64,000 bases of DNA from Lingula anatina (GCA_051362555.1 CM120641.1:4030001-4094000), one strand, 5' to 3'. Counted from the stretch's first letter, positions 41,024 to 55,000 are shown. Program-made: numbers and translations. The notes: generated by a model from the letters alone, not told the origin.

Positions 41024-44000
41024 ATGAAAATGAAGAGCCACTGCTAATTAATCTAACTTTTGACATTAATTCAGACCTTACACTCATTCACAAGTTTTAG
41101 ATGTGAAGTTTGGTGATGGACTGAAAATAAAGTAAGACTTACCTGAGTAACAATTCTTGATTTTTCTAAGAGATATTCTGATGTTCTGGCACCATTAATT
41201 TTTCCACTGTATAGAAAAAAAAAACAAGAAGCTGTTTGATTGGCAATTCTAGCAATGGTCTGTTCTCCTGAATGAAAATTTCATTAAATTTAAACTATGT
41301 TCATTAGAGAAACTAAGTCTTATCACTTACACACTGAAATAAACCTCCACGTATTTTCCAAATCTGCTAGAGTTGTCATTGCGTATCGTCTTGGCATTGC
41401 CAAATGCTTCAAGAATGGGTGTGGCTTCCAGTATCTGCTCTGTGATAAGGTTATTGCCTGACCTATTCACAGCAGCCAGGTACTGCATCAACAGTTTAAA
41501 ACTTTCTGTCTTCCCTGCTCCAGATTCACCACTGTAATAATACATGTCAAATATTAATTTACTTGAACAATATACAGGATTTTCATAGTCATAATTTACT
41601 TTAAAAAACTTTCTTTGAAGAACTTTGGTCCTAAGGCCTGCTACATCCAGAGGTATGTGACATCCATAAAAGTAATCAAAGTACTTAATTCTCCTTTTTC
41701 TTTAAAAAAAGCTTTACCTTAATTCTTTTCTATATTAATCAATATATCTATACTATGTATTTGAACATTCGTTCTTTATGTGATCACTTTAAAGTTTTCA
41801 AAGTTAGTTCATCAAAATTTCATCAAAAAAGCATTTTCAGGTCAAGTTTGAAAGTGAACCTTAAACTGGGTGGATGACCTACACACCCTATCAGGCATGT
41901 TTACATGTTTTCTGTCTAACAACTGCAGAATGTCTGAAGATAAATAGACAGGTAGAAATAAGAATGCAAACAAAAACGGGTAAATAAAACCGCACGCACT
42001 TTGTGCTAATTGGAGAGCTGTTTACATTAAATCTACATGTAGCTGTTACAAGAAAGTTTCAAATGCAAAGCATAGTGATCATTTTTCATATAAGAATTTA
42101 ATTTGCAATCCAGCTTGCACCTGTATTTATCACATCTTTATCTGTGTAAGGGGATTCATGTTGCCATTAACCAAAAAAATCTATGCATTAAATTTATTCA
42201 CACTTTAGCAACCTACTGCTATTGTACAGCTCTGACACAAAATAACCCAAAAAACCACAGATCACAAATAAGACATCAAGCTTAGGCTGTTTTCTTTATT
42301 AAAAACAACATCATACTAAAGATGACAATACACAGCCCAAAAGGTAAGCTTGCTGAAATATAGGATCAATTTTGAAACATGAGCTCTGAAACTTTTTGCC
42401 TCGTCTCACTGTCTCGCAGATGACTTTGATGGAAAAGAATTGCCTGGGATCCTTTATAAAAAATGCCATCATGAAACGACACTTTGAGCATCAGGTGGGT
42501 CTTAACTATTGATACTCTACAGTAAGAGAACACAGATAGACACGGCCCTGTGCCTTGCACCACTTTGAACTGAACCATTATCATACACAAGCTTGACAAA
42601 GTTTATGATTCTTTAACAATGTGCTTCTGCCCACTGAACTGAATGTGGAGACTTATTCATTCTCAGTCCCAAGTTGCTACATATCAACTGTCTTCAAAAA
42701 CAGAGTGCTTGTCAGTGAATTTATTCTCATGTTAAAAACAATGTGGCTGTTAATTCATCGGTCAAACTACAATAACTATAAAGAGAATAATATTTTCTGG
42801 GTTTTTTATGCATAATTTTTAGACTGAGAAATTGACAATACTATATATGGATACATTGAGGATGCAAAATCCATCTCAACAAAATGTCATCTCACCTCTT
42901 AGGGTTGAAGGCCAATTACACAAGACTACACACAAACATATCCCTCTATAAAACTTCCCAACATAATAACTTTTAATTCTATGTGCAGCCCACGTTGCCC
43001 AATGTGCACTCTATTATTATTTCAGAACCAGAGCGTTCAAGCAAAACACAATGCTATTCACTGGATCAGGCCTATAACAAAGTAAATTGCTCAAGCTTGA
43101 CCAGGTAAAAATCCAGAGTGCTTTTTAAACCCCTTAAAATGGATGTTTCTGGGTTAATTATGCATTCATCATGACTCAGCCAGCCTACACAATTCCAGAT
43201 ACAGATCAACATCTGGAAATTTAGATCACTAAATTGCTTTAGTTCCTTTAAAACTTTTGATTTACACACATAATGCTAACTTCCCTTCCCCACCCACCAT
43301 TTTCTACCAATACAGCCCAACTGATATCTGTCAAACTTTAATGTCTCTCCTATATTAGAAGTCAGCTAGTCTGTTAATAACAACAACTATATATGGCTTA
43401 TTATTATAAAAACTTGTAAGTCTTGGGAACCCTGTCACTGGCAGAATACACATTATTACTATTATTATAAAATAGCAATTTTGAAGAATGCATTATTATT
43501 ATTATTATTATTGGCTGTATTACATGTTGATAATAGAGTAAAATATTTTTAGACATTCTTACCTGATAACTACCACCTGATTCTGCTCATCCTTGATCAT
43601 CTTGCTGTAGCATGCACTTCCAATGGCAAACAAATGTCTGAAACAGAGAGAGCACCCTGTAGAGTTAGGCAACACTGGCAGTGACACTCTTCGTCTGGGC
43701 AATTTATAAACGAACATTCTAATCCTGTTTCAGTGAGAAAAAATACTCAGTTCTGGCAAAGAAAAGAAAAAACTTACTCCAAACAATTATTTCAATGAAT
43801 TCATAGATCTTTACAAGCACACTTGTGCCCACACAAAAATTACAATCTAGTAAATTTATATATTGTATTATAAATAACAGAAATTACTAATATTGTTTAA
43901 ACAATTCTGTTCATCACAACAAGTTATTCTTATTACCAAAACAAGTTTTAACCTAATTTAGTGAAAACAATCATTGTAAGTCCTTCAAAACAAGTCTTAG

Positions 44001-47000
44001 AAATAAAAAATAGCTAATTAAAGAATATTCTTAAAGACTACTACTTACGGAGGCAGAGTTCCCATGACTTGTCCTTCATACTGTTTAACTTTGTCCAGAC
44101 CATACATATCAAACATCTTGTATGGGTTCACAGCAACCAGTATACTGCCCACATAGGTCTGCAGATTAATGCAAAATATGTTATGGTGAATTTTCATTTA
44201 TGTTGAATGGGTACATCTTAAGCATTATTCTATATATTTTAATGACTTATTTTTATGATTTCCTAGTTATGATTATATATTTCAAGTGACCATCTTTCAT
44301 GTATCAGTGAATGTAAAATCAAATCAATGTCATATGGCTCTAATAATATTCATTTACTTCTTTTTTCTTATATAATTTTGGGCAGTTGATACACTGGGAA
44401 ATCTACTGTTACCTATTTGAAGAATTCAACTACTAAACAACTTACATATATCTGTTCCCTCTCATATCTGATCTTCAAGTTCCACAGTAATGATCCCTCA
44501 TTCAGGTCACTAAAATTAAAATTAAAATATTGAATTTAAATCTACTATTCAATTAAAATCTATGACAACTAATAAGACATTATAAAATGAGTTATCATTT
44601 CATGCTAAGCCCTGCACTACTCAATACAATTAAAAATTCCTTTTGAACATGTAATGGTAATGGTAGTTTATCAGTCAAACTAATGATTACATACATGTAA
44701 TAGTAATTTGCAAACTGCCTATTCTCTCAAGTACAATTAATCAATCTTAACCAACAAAAAGATTAATAAGCACACATTCTAAGTAAATATATGGAACTGC
44801 ACCAAAACTGTAGCTCACTCAGGAGTCAGCTCCCCTTAATGCATAAATTGGCCGATACCAATTTGACCAGTAGGAAAACATTTTTGTGTTGTATGTTAAC
44901 TTAACCTTTTTGTGAGCATATGCCTGACTTTATCTGTTTCAAATATATTTTAATTACAATTTTTTGCACCTTCTGTTGATTCTGTTATTTATTTATCTTT
45001 CTTGCAACAAAGAATGTCACAGATGTTTTAGTCAATAATGTATAACCATTCAGCAGAAGTTTTCAGTTACTTCCTCTTAACTACTGTATAGAAGAACTAT
45101 AATCAACCAGTGGGAACGAAAAAGGAAGTAAAAACACTCTTAGCGTACTTGGTAAACATGATCATTTGCATTTGATTAGCTTTATTGTTTACAAGTATTG
45201 CATTAGCTTCTGACCCTAGGGCACGAATATCACATCTATAGATATCAGAAAATACACACAATGGCACTTAAGGATTTTCAGTAACTTTTTCCTTTTAGAT
45301 AAAAAGCCACTTATCAGGTGAATTTTTTCTTCAAGAGTTCTTTTGATTACAGCATATTTCAATCTATTATGAAGATTTATAAAATTTTCACAAGGTATAT
45401 TTCAACATCAAGACAATGAAGGTGAGTGAAATAACTGGCTTGCTGTATCTTAATTGGAAAGTTAGGCTTCATTCACATGCAATGTCTATTTTCTAAATTC
45501 TATTTTCTATTTGCGGTATGTCTTATGATCACTATCTGTGCCCTGAATATCCCGCGGCGTAATTACTGGCAGCGCGAGCCAGTTACTATAAGTTACTATA
45601 AGTAACTGGCTCGCGCTGCCAGTAATTACGCCGCAGGATATTCAGGGCACAGACCGTGATCATAAGATAGCGCGAATAGAAAATAGAATTTAGAAAATAG
45701 ACATTGCATGTGAACGAAGCCTTACAGCCAAAAATTAGTAGCCATAGTATGTGACAAAAATATACAACTCCAGGAGTACTATTATATTGTCCCCACGATT
45801 CTCAAAACAAAAAAGCTCCACCCTAAAACTATGTATTGAGCATACTGGAGCAACCTATGGTTTCCACATCATTTTCCTACTGCTATAGTTCCTCAATACA
45901 TCAATATCTGAAATGTTGCTCACATTTTAATGGGCCAAAGGAATTATATTTTAGAATAGTAACCAAATCTGCTGACAAAAGAAAACTGTGAATAACAACT
46001 GGTAAGAAGAAAGGAAACAAAAAATAAATAAATAAATAAATAACATAAATCAGGGGCGGATCCAGAGATATTTTCTGACAGTCTTCCAAATTATCTTTGT
46101 TGATCCATCTTCCATTTTTGACCGTCTTCCGACAGAAAACATTAGATGGCTGACAATGTAAACTTGAAAATCTGACCGTCTTCCAGAAGACCCAGAAGAC
46201 GGCCTAAATCCGCCCCTGTAAATCCAGTTAAACCTGAATCTAGTGAATATGTATTAATTACGACTGGTCCAATAATGGTCACTACAAATTGTTAAAAGTT
46301 TACTGCCTAATATATAAGATAGAAATTAACCTTCTGGAGAGAGAATACTTCTGTCAAATGTGTTATATGAAATACAAAGCCAGATACCCATCTGTAAGAG
46401 GTATCAGTAGACTTACTTTAATGTAATCATATCATCTACCCCCTCCTCCCCCAGTTCTTCTCTTGGTTCAACGGCAGCCATTGTGGTCCCTGACACTTGA
46501 AACACCTCCTCCTATCAATAGAAAAAATTTTATCAATATTCGTTGGCAAAAGTTTGACAAAAAATGTTTGGATTTCTGTAGGTACTTTGTACCAGAGCAC
46601 ACCTGGACAAAATGGATCTACAGTATCAGTTGCTGGCTGGCAAAGAGTAAAGCGTGGTAATATAATCATAGACAAAAAAACTACATGAAGACATGCAAGC
46701 TAACATATAAACTGCATGAAACATGAGTATTGACAATAAATATATAACAAACAGCTTTATCTAATGTGAATCACCTTAGGTAGCTCAGAGTCTTGCAACT
46801 TCAGACAAAATCAAGGGAGATCTAGCAGGAATTGACAGAGACTAGGGTAAGAACTAATGGCTGGCTAGTGAATACAATGTGACTATAAATACAATCTGAT
46901 AAAATTTATCCACAAATATTTTTCTGGTTGTTTTAATTTCTGTCCAACTGCAAATTCAACCTTTTTTGCATGTCACTTTGGTATCGCTTTCTAGGACAAC

Positions 47001-50000
47001 ATTCTGATGCACAAAGCTACATCCTTATCGCTGAAAAGTTAACCCCACCTCACAGACTCTCTCACATTTTCAAGTCTTTGTACCCACTGCCTTGATTTTG
47101 GTTATCTCAGACGATTCACATTATATCCAATCTATCTTGAGATCAAGTGCTCTAATGCTGGTAGTGAAAACTATGATATACATAATGTCATTTTTCCTGA
47201 TAGAATATTAATAAGGCCAGGTTAAATGATGGCTCCTTTTAAGTCATGCAATAAGTGTTTGACTTTTACATAGAAAAAATATAATTTTTCTGTAAATTTC
47301 AATACTTCCTCTAATCATCAAGGTATACCATATACAAATACTAAACAAAGTTACAATCTATAAACCATTTTTGCTAGTTACAAGTTTCTTATTTTGAGCA
47401 TGCCTTGTAATGGAGAATTTTACTGACATAATGGTAAAGATTAAGATATTAAATGTTAAACACCATAAAAATAAGTTTGTCATTTTCTCAACAATTTGGG
47501 ATATAATTGGGTATACTTAGGTTTCAAAGAGAAAATTGCTAAAATTTCCAGGAAAATATTTTAGTTGCATACGATGGTCTGATGCACACCATCTGCCTTT
47601 AAAATTCCCTGTATCTTGTAAAAAAACATATTAATACCACACAGGTGTAAACATTAACAGTCTTTTTCACTCAACTAATCTTGCTAATAGTCTTCTTTTT
47701 TAATCTACAATTTACCACATATTTACTAAACCAGTAAGAAAAGGTTTTAAGAAGCCAAACAGGAAAATACTAGAAATATGTAAAAATTGGTACTAGGACT
47801 AGATAGAAATTGGTATAAGAATCAGGTAAAAGTTATTCAGGTCTACCCAACTACCAGACACAGCACCAAATGATCCAGTATTCACCGTAGATTGGATTGC
47901 GCTACCTGTTTTCAAGGTGTGTATCAGTAGGTGCTTATAAGTTAGAAGCAGCACCCTCTTGCCTGGTACGTGATGTGATAAGGATGATTCTGCAGATGAA
48001 GGTAGAGCTTGCAGTCGTTGTACAAAATTTATCCAGGGGTATGATAAGTACTATGAAATGCATAGTGATATACACCAAAAAAACAGAAGCGATCCGATCT
48101 ACCAGTGAATTCTGGCTCCTTCAGTGCTGTGTCTAGTAGTTGGGTAGGCCTGTTATTGGTACAAGCCAGGTTAGATAACTTAGGTGTAACATTCACATAT
48201 TCAGTGTGTCTCCAATGTGGCATTGTTCCATGTCAAGTCAGCTGTGTACAAGTTATGTCAGTTCCATTACATGTGGATACATTTCTGAACATGGCCCAGT
48301 AGCAGCCTCACACACTATTGTAGTCCTGTACACCCATGTAAGAACCACTGACATTCTGCAAGCTGTCACCTTTGTAAGCCATAGACTGCTAGTTACATAC
48401 AGCATATGTGACCAAAACAGTTTTTAAGTTGAATGAGGTCTGCTTGTTACACGTAGCAAAGGTAGACTAAACTTTAAATATCCCAAGTTTTTAAATCTAT
48501 TTACAGGGATAGAATCTACTCACAGTTCCGGTCTTTGATGAAGTCCTGACAGTAATAATGTGATTTGTAGGATCGTAGTCAGTCACTTCCCCTGGTACTG
48601 GGTACCCTGACCCGGCGCTAAACCACACTAGACGACCCTGGAAAATGTAACAGTTGCCCAAGTTACGCCACGAGTCAAGAAGGTGTATGCACGTGTGCAC
48701 CAGTGCGAATCACGAGTGGATGTCACATACAGCTCTCTGACGAGCAGTGAACCTGAATTATACCATAGCTGATGTCAAGAACAAGAGTCAAACAATATGG
48801 ATATATGGCATTCATGTGTGATATGCACAAATACTATTTATACCATATCTGGGTGTTATGTTCTTGATATCCACCATGATATAAATATAACATGAAAAAA
48901 TTACAGTCGAATGGGTATTACACAATTTTCTTGTGAGATACATAAAATATGGATACATGATCTGGAGCCCTTTTTACTTATATTCTCAAGTAAGGGGGTT
49001 TACTGGGGGGGGGGGTATTTGATAAGTGTGAGATAAAACACTGTCACTTTAACAGCATATGCCAGAACACTAAGAGCATCGGCATATATTGTAAGAGGGT
49101 GGCAGTGTATTATTTGACATATGTACATACTGAGAGTGGGAGAAAGTATTCACATTTTACTTTACAAAAAATACCCCTAAAACTAAATAAAACGTATAAC
49201 ACCTCTGGGTATAAACATATATCAGGACACAGCACCCTAGTTCAATTATAACAGCATCTTTTAAATCAATCCTATTTGGTCATCACCCGTTACATCCAAG
49301 ACCTTTGGACACATTTCTGTTACTACATTAAGGCTTCATTCACATGCAATGTCTATTTTCTAAATTCTATTTTCTATTTGCGGTATGTCTTATGATTACG
49401 GTCTGTGCCCTGAATATCCCGCGGCATAATTACTGGCAGCGCGAGCCAGTTACTATAAGTTAGTGGCAGCGCGAGTATAGTAACTGGCTCGCGCTGCCAG
49501 GAATTATGCCGCTGGATATTCAGGGCACAGACCGTGATCATAAGACATACCGCGAATAGAAAATAGAATTTAGAAAATAGACATTGCATGTGAACGAAGC
49601 CTAAATGCCTAATAATGTGAAAAAAGGTCTTTAAGTTAATATAAGGTATTATGTAAAAACTAGGTGCCATCAAAAAAGTTTGATGTACATCCAGAAGCTT
49701 TTTCTAGTATATACATATACTTTTATGTGTCTACTGTTTTGAAATTACATGACACTGTTTTTTTAAAGGTTCTGCACAGCAACGCTTGTGCAAGATTTTG
49801 ACACATTCCTAAGTAAAAAAAAAATCTTCCATTCAAAATAAACATACTTTTTAAAATGGCTCTCGTGAACAAACAAAATAAAGCAAACAAAAATTCAGGT
49901 ATGTTTGGGTGTTTACATCAGTTTCTCACCAAACTCTATACTCCTACCCCTTGCTGGGAGCCCCCCATGCCATTGCTACAAACTCCATCCTAGCTAAACA

Positions 50001-50225
50001 AATTTGCATGTGTACATATCATTCTTAGTCCAGTTTTCTTTTTCTCTGTATGCTCTCTGTTTCTGCAGGAACCTGAGACCATATTTTTTCTACTTGACTG
50101 CTTGGCCATACAGAGCAGGGGCATTGTTATCACAGCGACAAGTGAAACACCTCACTGCTCAGCTTTGTGATAATGTTTTACCTAGGTGACCTAAAGTACC
50201 ATAGGAAATGAAGACTATGAAATAT

Positions 50226-50265
<40 letters not shown>

Positions 50266-51309
50266 CTTGATTTTTTTGTAGATATTTGAAACCTAGCTTA
50301 TTGCCAGAACATCAATTTCAAATTATATTTTGTTGCACTCAATATGGTTAACAACATTGCAAAAGTAATTGCAACATTAATTATTATGCTGCTAGAAGCA
50401 GATTCTTCTGTCCTGGAAAAAAGCTGTTCCTTTTCAAAAGAACAGACCCAAAGAGAGCTTTTGTGATTAAAAACTTTATCTAGTTATAATAAAGCAAAAC
50501 TTACACCCATAAAAGAAAAGAGACCTTGACAAAAGTTAAAATAAAGACTATTTGCCTTATTAAATACATATTATAGTTACCTTTCTCTGACAGTACTTAT
50601 CATTGTCCTTTTAAACTGTGTAACAGGTTGAAACTCTTGAAGAATATCATTTAAACAACATTTCTTGACCAAATCAAAACAAATTCTTGCCTGCTTTAGG
50701 TATGCAATATACCATTTCGATATCAATTCACTTTTTCATTGGTTCATTCTCTAAAAGGGATATTTAAGTTTTAAAACTCTTTGCCATTTTAACAGAAACT
50801 GGTATACCATGCAGGCCAATCATTTTACATCAATACTCAATGTACATTTAGTGAGAAAAAAAATACTAATATACAAGCCATTTGCGTTGGTTAAATAGTG
50901 ATAAACGTCAAATATGCTTCTCTTTCTTGGTCATCATTATGTAAAAGTCTGAGAATATTGGTATAAGGCATCCTAATGTAAACATTATATTTATGCATTC
51001 ATACACAAAGCTCGCATGTTGTAAATTACATGCATGGTCATGAAAATGTACGGTGCTGACTAGAATTCTACTCACATATCAGGACTTATCATAACCACCA
51101 TATTTGCCAATTGTGTAATATATATACAAGATGAAAAGCTTACTGTACGTGACAGCTTGTTGCCTTACGATTCACATTAATAACTTAATGGGAAATGCAA
51201 TAAAATTATTCTTACTCCCATCATTGTTAATTACAGCAACACATTAAAAATCAAAGGCATCTCATCATAAGATAGTTACCTTGCTAACATGGTCTCCAGT
51301 AGTTGCCAT
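11908..51309 (-). CDS. MYO15: Unconventional myosin XV (MYO15A/Myo10A-like), 61 coding exons, ~2959 aa
   Basis: Exons traced by GT-AG sites and phase (plus-strand coords, gene order): 51280-51309 ([10 protein letters not shown]), 48524-48637, 46417-46511, 44446-44509, 44049-44158, 43563-43637, 41331-41531 (GESGAGKT P-loop, NDNSSRFGK), 41143-41206, 40593-40706 (ERNYHVFY), 40136-40297, 39923-40036, 39619-39677, 39168-39303 (DIFGFE), 38779-39006 ([11 protein letters not shown]), 38254-38379, 37944-38021, 37489-37643, 36410-36580 (FIRCIKPN), 35996-36119, 35552-35727, 34514-34598 (IQ motifs), 33946-34020, 32628-32696, 31897-31978, 31495-31628, 31001-31099, 30595-30669, 30193-30353, 29691-29860, 29280-29355, 28804-29010, 27424-28591, 27015-27246, 26618-26823, 25566-26363, 24984-25239, 24627-24763, 24307-24442, 23841-23962, 22236-22351, 21983-22073, 21663-21713, 21253-21367, 20574-20680, 20250-20297, 19754-19869, 18193-18290, 17299-17348, 17019-17091, 16670-16829, 16253-16383, 15922-16016, 15545-15622, 15285-15381, 14758-14993, 14373-14437, 13970-14109, 13024-13073, 12682-12765, 12255-12383, 11908-11973 (...AAGRP*). 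Lengths sum to 8880 nt. The MyTH4-insert-FERM-SH3-MyTH4-FERM order with class XV motifs ([15 protein letters not shown], WLDxxF...KGG) identifies class XV. Confidence 0.93.
14507..14593. repeat. 29-bp minisatellite, 3 copies (intronic)
   Basis: atgatactgaatgatacatgttagatgat repeated three times. Confidence 0.85.
20574..21367 (-). CDS. MYO15: SH3 domain exons
   Basis: [26 protein letters not shown] / [19 protein letters not shown]. Confidence 0.9.
23382..23593. mobile_element. MITE with imperfect TIRs; partial copies at 3872-3945 and ~2840-2905
   Basis: ctctattcccatagatt..agatcgatcta vs taggtcgatctaatctatggaaatgggg; the right end recurs nearly verbatim at 3872-3945. Confidence 0.6.
24984..28591 (-). 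CDS. MYO15: Pro/Gly/Gln-rich low-complexity tail insert of myosin XV (5 exons)
   Basis: ORF-track 27412-28470, 27004-27240, 26555-26830, 25518-26282 and 24943-25185 join in phase; poly-Pro, (NGLP)3, GLNPGL repeats, polyQ. Confidence 0.88.
29691..31099 (-). CDS. MYO15: First MyTH4 domain exons
   Basis: [50 protein letters not shown]. Confidence 0.9.
29891..30052. mobile_element. Older inverted copy of the 46051-46218 MITE family
   Basis: Reverse complement matches (ttttcaagtttacattg, aaaaatggaggatggatcaaca, aaaatatctctgga); AAAAC TSD at 29886-29890 and 30053-30057. Confidence 0.7.
34514..35727 (-). CDS. MYO15: Myosin XV IQ motifs (3)
   Basis: [35 protein letters not shown]. Confidence 0.9.
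35996..48637 (-). CDS. MYO15: Myosin XV N-terminal SH3-like region plus motor domain exons
   Basis: [39 protein letters not shown], switch [10 protein letters not shown], switch [16 protein letters not shown] and [14 protein letters not shown] all read in phase. Confidence 0.95.
40958..41022. repeat. (ATT)n microsatellite
   Basis: Pure ATT run of about 21 units. Confidence 0.92.
45465..45721. mobile_element. Foldback MITE copy 1 (Harbinger-type, TTA TSD)
   Basis: ggcttcattcacatgc...gcatgtgaacgaagcc; almost entirely palindromic; TTA at 45462-45464 and 45722-45724. Confidence 0.88.
46051..46218. mobile_element. hAT-like MITE with 5-bp TSD
   Basis: TIR CAGGGGCGGAT/ATCCGCCCCTG; TAAAT duplicated on both flanks. 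Confidence 0.75.
49332..49601. mobile_element. Foldback MITE copy 2 (same family, TAA TSD)
   Basis: Near-identical to 45465-45721; TAA at 49329-49331 and 49602-49604. Confidence 0.88.
50228..50262. repeat. (AT)n microsatellite
   Basis: Pure AT run. Confidence 0.9.
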
Positions 51310-52058
51310 GTTGGTAAAGATAAATCCAACTTTCACGACATGAGACTAGCCTCTAAAATAGTCTAAGTATGACATAGTCCACTTCTCCAATCCCTGCCCT
51401 TTCCTCTACTGTATTCACCACTCTAATCCCTTCCCCAAACTGTGAGCTTCGGGCAGGATTGTCATCATGGTCGCAGAGAATGTAACAGGCAAGGCGCGAG
51501 ACACCCAAGCTCCACTTGAGAATATCCTGTGACTTTCTCAAAGCTAAACAGAGTCCTTCATCCTTAATTATTCTCCCCCTTAGAATTGTATTATTCGGCC
51601 TTCACTGAGCACCTATACCCTCTTTGTTGATTCGAGTCCTCAGTACAATACTGCATGGTATTTGAACAAACTAGACTCTTGTAAGCATATTTATTTTTCA
51701 TTCTTATAGATGGAGTTCCTTTGTAAGATGGATCCATAACTTAATAAATTGGATATTGGGCCATGTGCCAACTCTCATACAATTATTACTTAACAGGTAT
51801 GCCAAAGCCTCTGGCAGAGTATGGTTAGTTGATTATAAAAAAAATTATTTTATAAAAACCATTATATATGGGCATTATACAAAGTGTGGTGTATCTGTGA
51901 AGAAAAATGTAGTAAATATAACCAAAATTTTAAAAATCTTATACAAGTTTGTGTTTCCATTTAACAAAATGAGCTGGTCAAAATATGTGTAGGTAAACAA
52001 CATGCAAAAGGTTTCAAGTTGATTTAGAGTCCACATGTATTTAGTCTTGAATTTCTTT

Positions 52059-55000
52059 TCATCTCCTGCAACAATTCTCCCACACGGAAGGAGAAATTTG
52101 CTCAAGATACTGTATCATTAAAGAGGAAAAGAAGTGCTTTTTGCTTTCAAAATAAAGCCTTGGTTCATTCTTTTCTATGGTATCATGTTTTGTACATTAA
52201 CATTTCATCATTTTAATAGAAAACAGAAACAGAATGTAAATCAAGATTAATCAAACTCTTAATTGCTTACAAAATATTTGCCACTTAAAATTAAAATGAT
52301 AATGAATTGAAGATCTATTGATGAAATCTCAAAATTACACACTTATATACCCTTAACAGTTCAGTCACAAAAGGAAAATGTAAACTAGTTTTAACTGTTT
52401 TTGGGACTTTTTATAGAATTTCCCTTCTCTATACAAAATTATTCATGGTGTCATTTTTCAATTCTATTAGTTTCAATATTGCAATATTGATCTTTAAAAA
52501 ACAACTGACACCACCATCTTCATTTTTTTTATCATGATGACACCAAGTATTCCTTCTGCAGCCATTTTTTTTTCAAAATAAATTAAAATTCAGAAAAACT
52601 GAAATCCAAGGCATTTTTTCAACATTCCTATATTGAAAACCAAAAGAAAAAAAGCTATCCTTGGAGTTATAATATCTCTCACATGTACACTGTATAAGGA
52701 AAGTCATGTCCTGCACATAAAATCTATTTAAACATCTGGGCCAATTCACGAATGCGAAAATAAAATGATCACAACCAAAAAAAGCCCAAGGGATAACTTT
52801 GGTTCCAAAGCTGTATTATAACCTTCCATCCTGACAGGAAACGTGCCATTCTTTTAGTATTTTCGTCTTTTTTTTTTTTCCTTGAAGACCGACAAAGCAT
52901 ATCACCTATCCCAGGGCAGTCGCACAATACACCAATAACAATGAGAGCTGTTAAGATAGCTAACCACATACGTAGTATAATTCTATAGAACAGGAGATGA
53001 AAAAAAAAGGCTATTTTTGTCCAGGTATGCTGTCCATAATCTATAATGGATCCTTGGCCTTTGACAAGATCCTGTTTTGATCAACTACTTTGAAATACAA
53101 TTTAGCATGCAAAAATCTTACTTTTAAAACAGATGTTTTACACAATACATTTCCTGCCTCAGCTTGCAAAACTTCAGTTCACTTCTATGGTTTTAGTCTC
53201 AAATGAAGTGCATGGTTTTATTACATTTTAATCTATGTGATTAATCAAAGGTTATAATGACCTGCAACCTGTTGGTCACATTCAGTTATTAGCATAAAGA
53301 ATCAACAAAGTTAATGTCCCATTCCAATTGGTCATAACAAAATATGACAAGTGGCCAGGAACTTAGAGAAACAACATCGAGATATTTTAACTAATGATCA
53401 AATACAATTTCTTGACATGTTTTAAATAAAATCCAAGCCATTCTTGAAAACAATTACTTGGCGACACCCTGCATTATATTACACAATCTGAAATCAGATT
53501 GCTTTCCTCAGATAAAGATTTATAGTAACTGGGCACCTTTTCCTTGTAATCAAAACTTGCCTTAAGTTTATACCTACCTCACTTCACGGTTGCCATAACT
53601 TTTATCTCAAAGGCCATATTTTACTGAACTCACAACTTGCAGCTTTGCATGTAAATCTACACAGAGCTGCACTTCAATCTGATCAAGATGTTTGGAAACC
53701 CACAAAGTCTCAGCAGCAAATCTCCAAATGAAACAGGTTTTTAAGTAATTGCCAAGTTATTAATTTTGTCATTTTGTCAGTATTAATAACAATGGAGAAC
53801 AAAATAAAGGCTTAAGCATTAACAGACCAATCATAAAACCTTCTAAGACTAACTTGTACTTGAAATGCACTTGAAGGTAGCAAGCATGGTATAAAAAACT
53901 TTTTGTGGAAAGGTAAGGGGTCTTTATTTTTTGCTTTTTCTTTCTTAATTTCATTTTATTTTATTTTATTTTTGAGGAGGGGAAAACAAATATCAAACCA
54001 TTTGTAAAGGTACTGTAAGAAATAAATCACAATTTTTAGAAATAAAAAAGTTGCTGGTTAATAATTAGGTAATACCTGATGGAAACATCTCCAGTCCAGC
54101 TGGGCCAGTAACTTGGAACCATATCTGCAAATAGTGTGGTTACTATTTTTTACTATCCCCACCCCTTGGTATGGCATCCACTTAATTCACTTCCAATGAG
54201 CTGACCCTAGGACCCAGCTTCACAGACCATGAGCCCATTTTTTTATAAATTTCCAAAAAAGTGATCACAATTGACTGTTCAGTCAGATTTAGTCCAAATT
54301 GTGGAATCCTGCACTAACTCCACATTGTGTATTCAGAGTTAATCAACGTATTATTATATAATTTGCATCTGTCCTGCATACATAAATATTATTTTCGGTA
54401 GAGGCCCATAGGTAGGCCTATTCCTTAGGCAGATGCATATCACCTGTTAATATTGCACAACAATTAGTATGTAAATAAGTAGCAGCCACATGTACACGCA
54501 TGTAAATAAGTAGCAGCCACATGTACACATAGATTCCCTGTAGATAATCTGTATATAACTTGAAGCTTGTCCATAATAAAGACACTTTTGATCTGAGACT
54601 GAAGATGTGAGGTTGTTCTGTTATGCTTCTCTGTGCACGTAAAGTGAAAGACTGAGTCGAATCTGGAGTCATGTCGGAGCCCATAGATTAGTTAATTCGT
54701 TAATGGAAATTGATACACTGGAATTCAGTACAGTTATAAATTAAAGTTAAAGTCATTTTAGACGGTTCACAACATATTTTTGGCGAGCTCAAGCCAGTAA
54801 ATTTTCACAAAAAACGTGCACGGAGGAAAATAACGAATAACAATGGCAAAGACGACGACCAGGAACTTAGACCAAAAGCTGGTGGAAAGTTTGGAAATGA
54901 TCACAAAAAGCTTACAAGGAAAACAGGTAAGTGAAATTTGGAATCAAAGAATAGCAGATAGTGCTGAAGGCATTAGGATATGTGATGGGTTGGATTATGG

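Noticed and set aside
47897-48427. Cluster of overlapping short ORFs in a myosin intron
   Set aside because: No motifs or consistent splice sites
50581-50613. Extra alternative first exon of myosin (ATG...AG|gtaact)
   Set aside because: Ends in phase 2 whereas exon 2 needs phase 0; the phase-0 frame has an upstream stop and no ATG
54418-54684. 88-aa antisense ORF present twice (also 61441-61707)
   Set aside because: Duplicated only because it lies in the LTR; no recognisable domain
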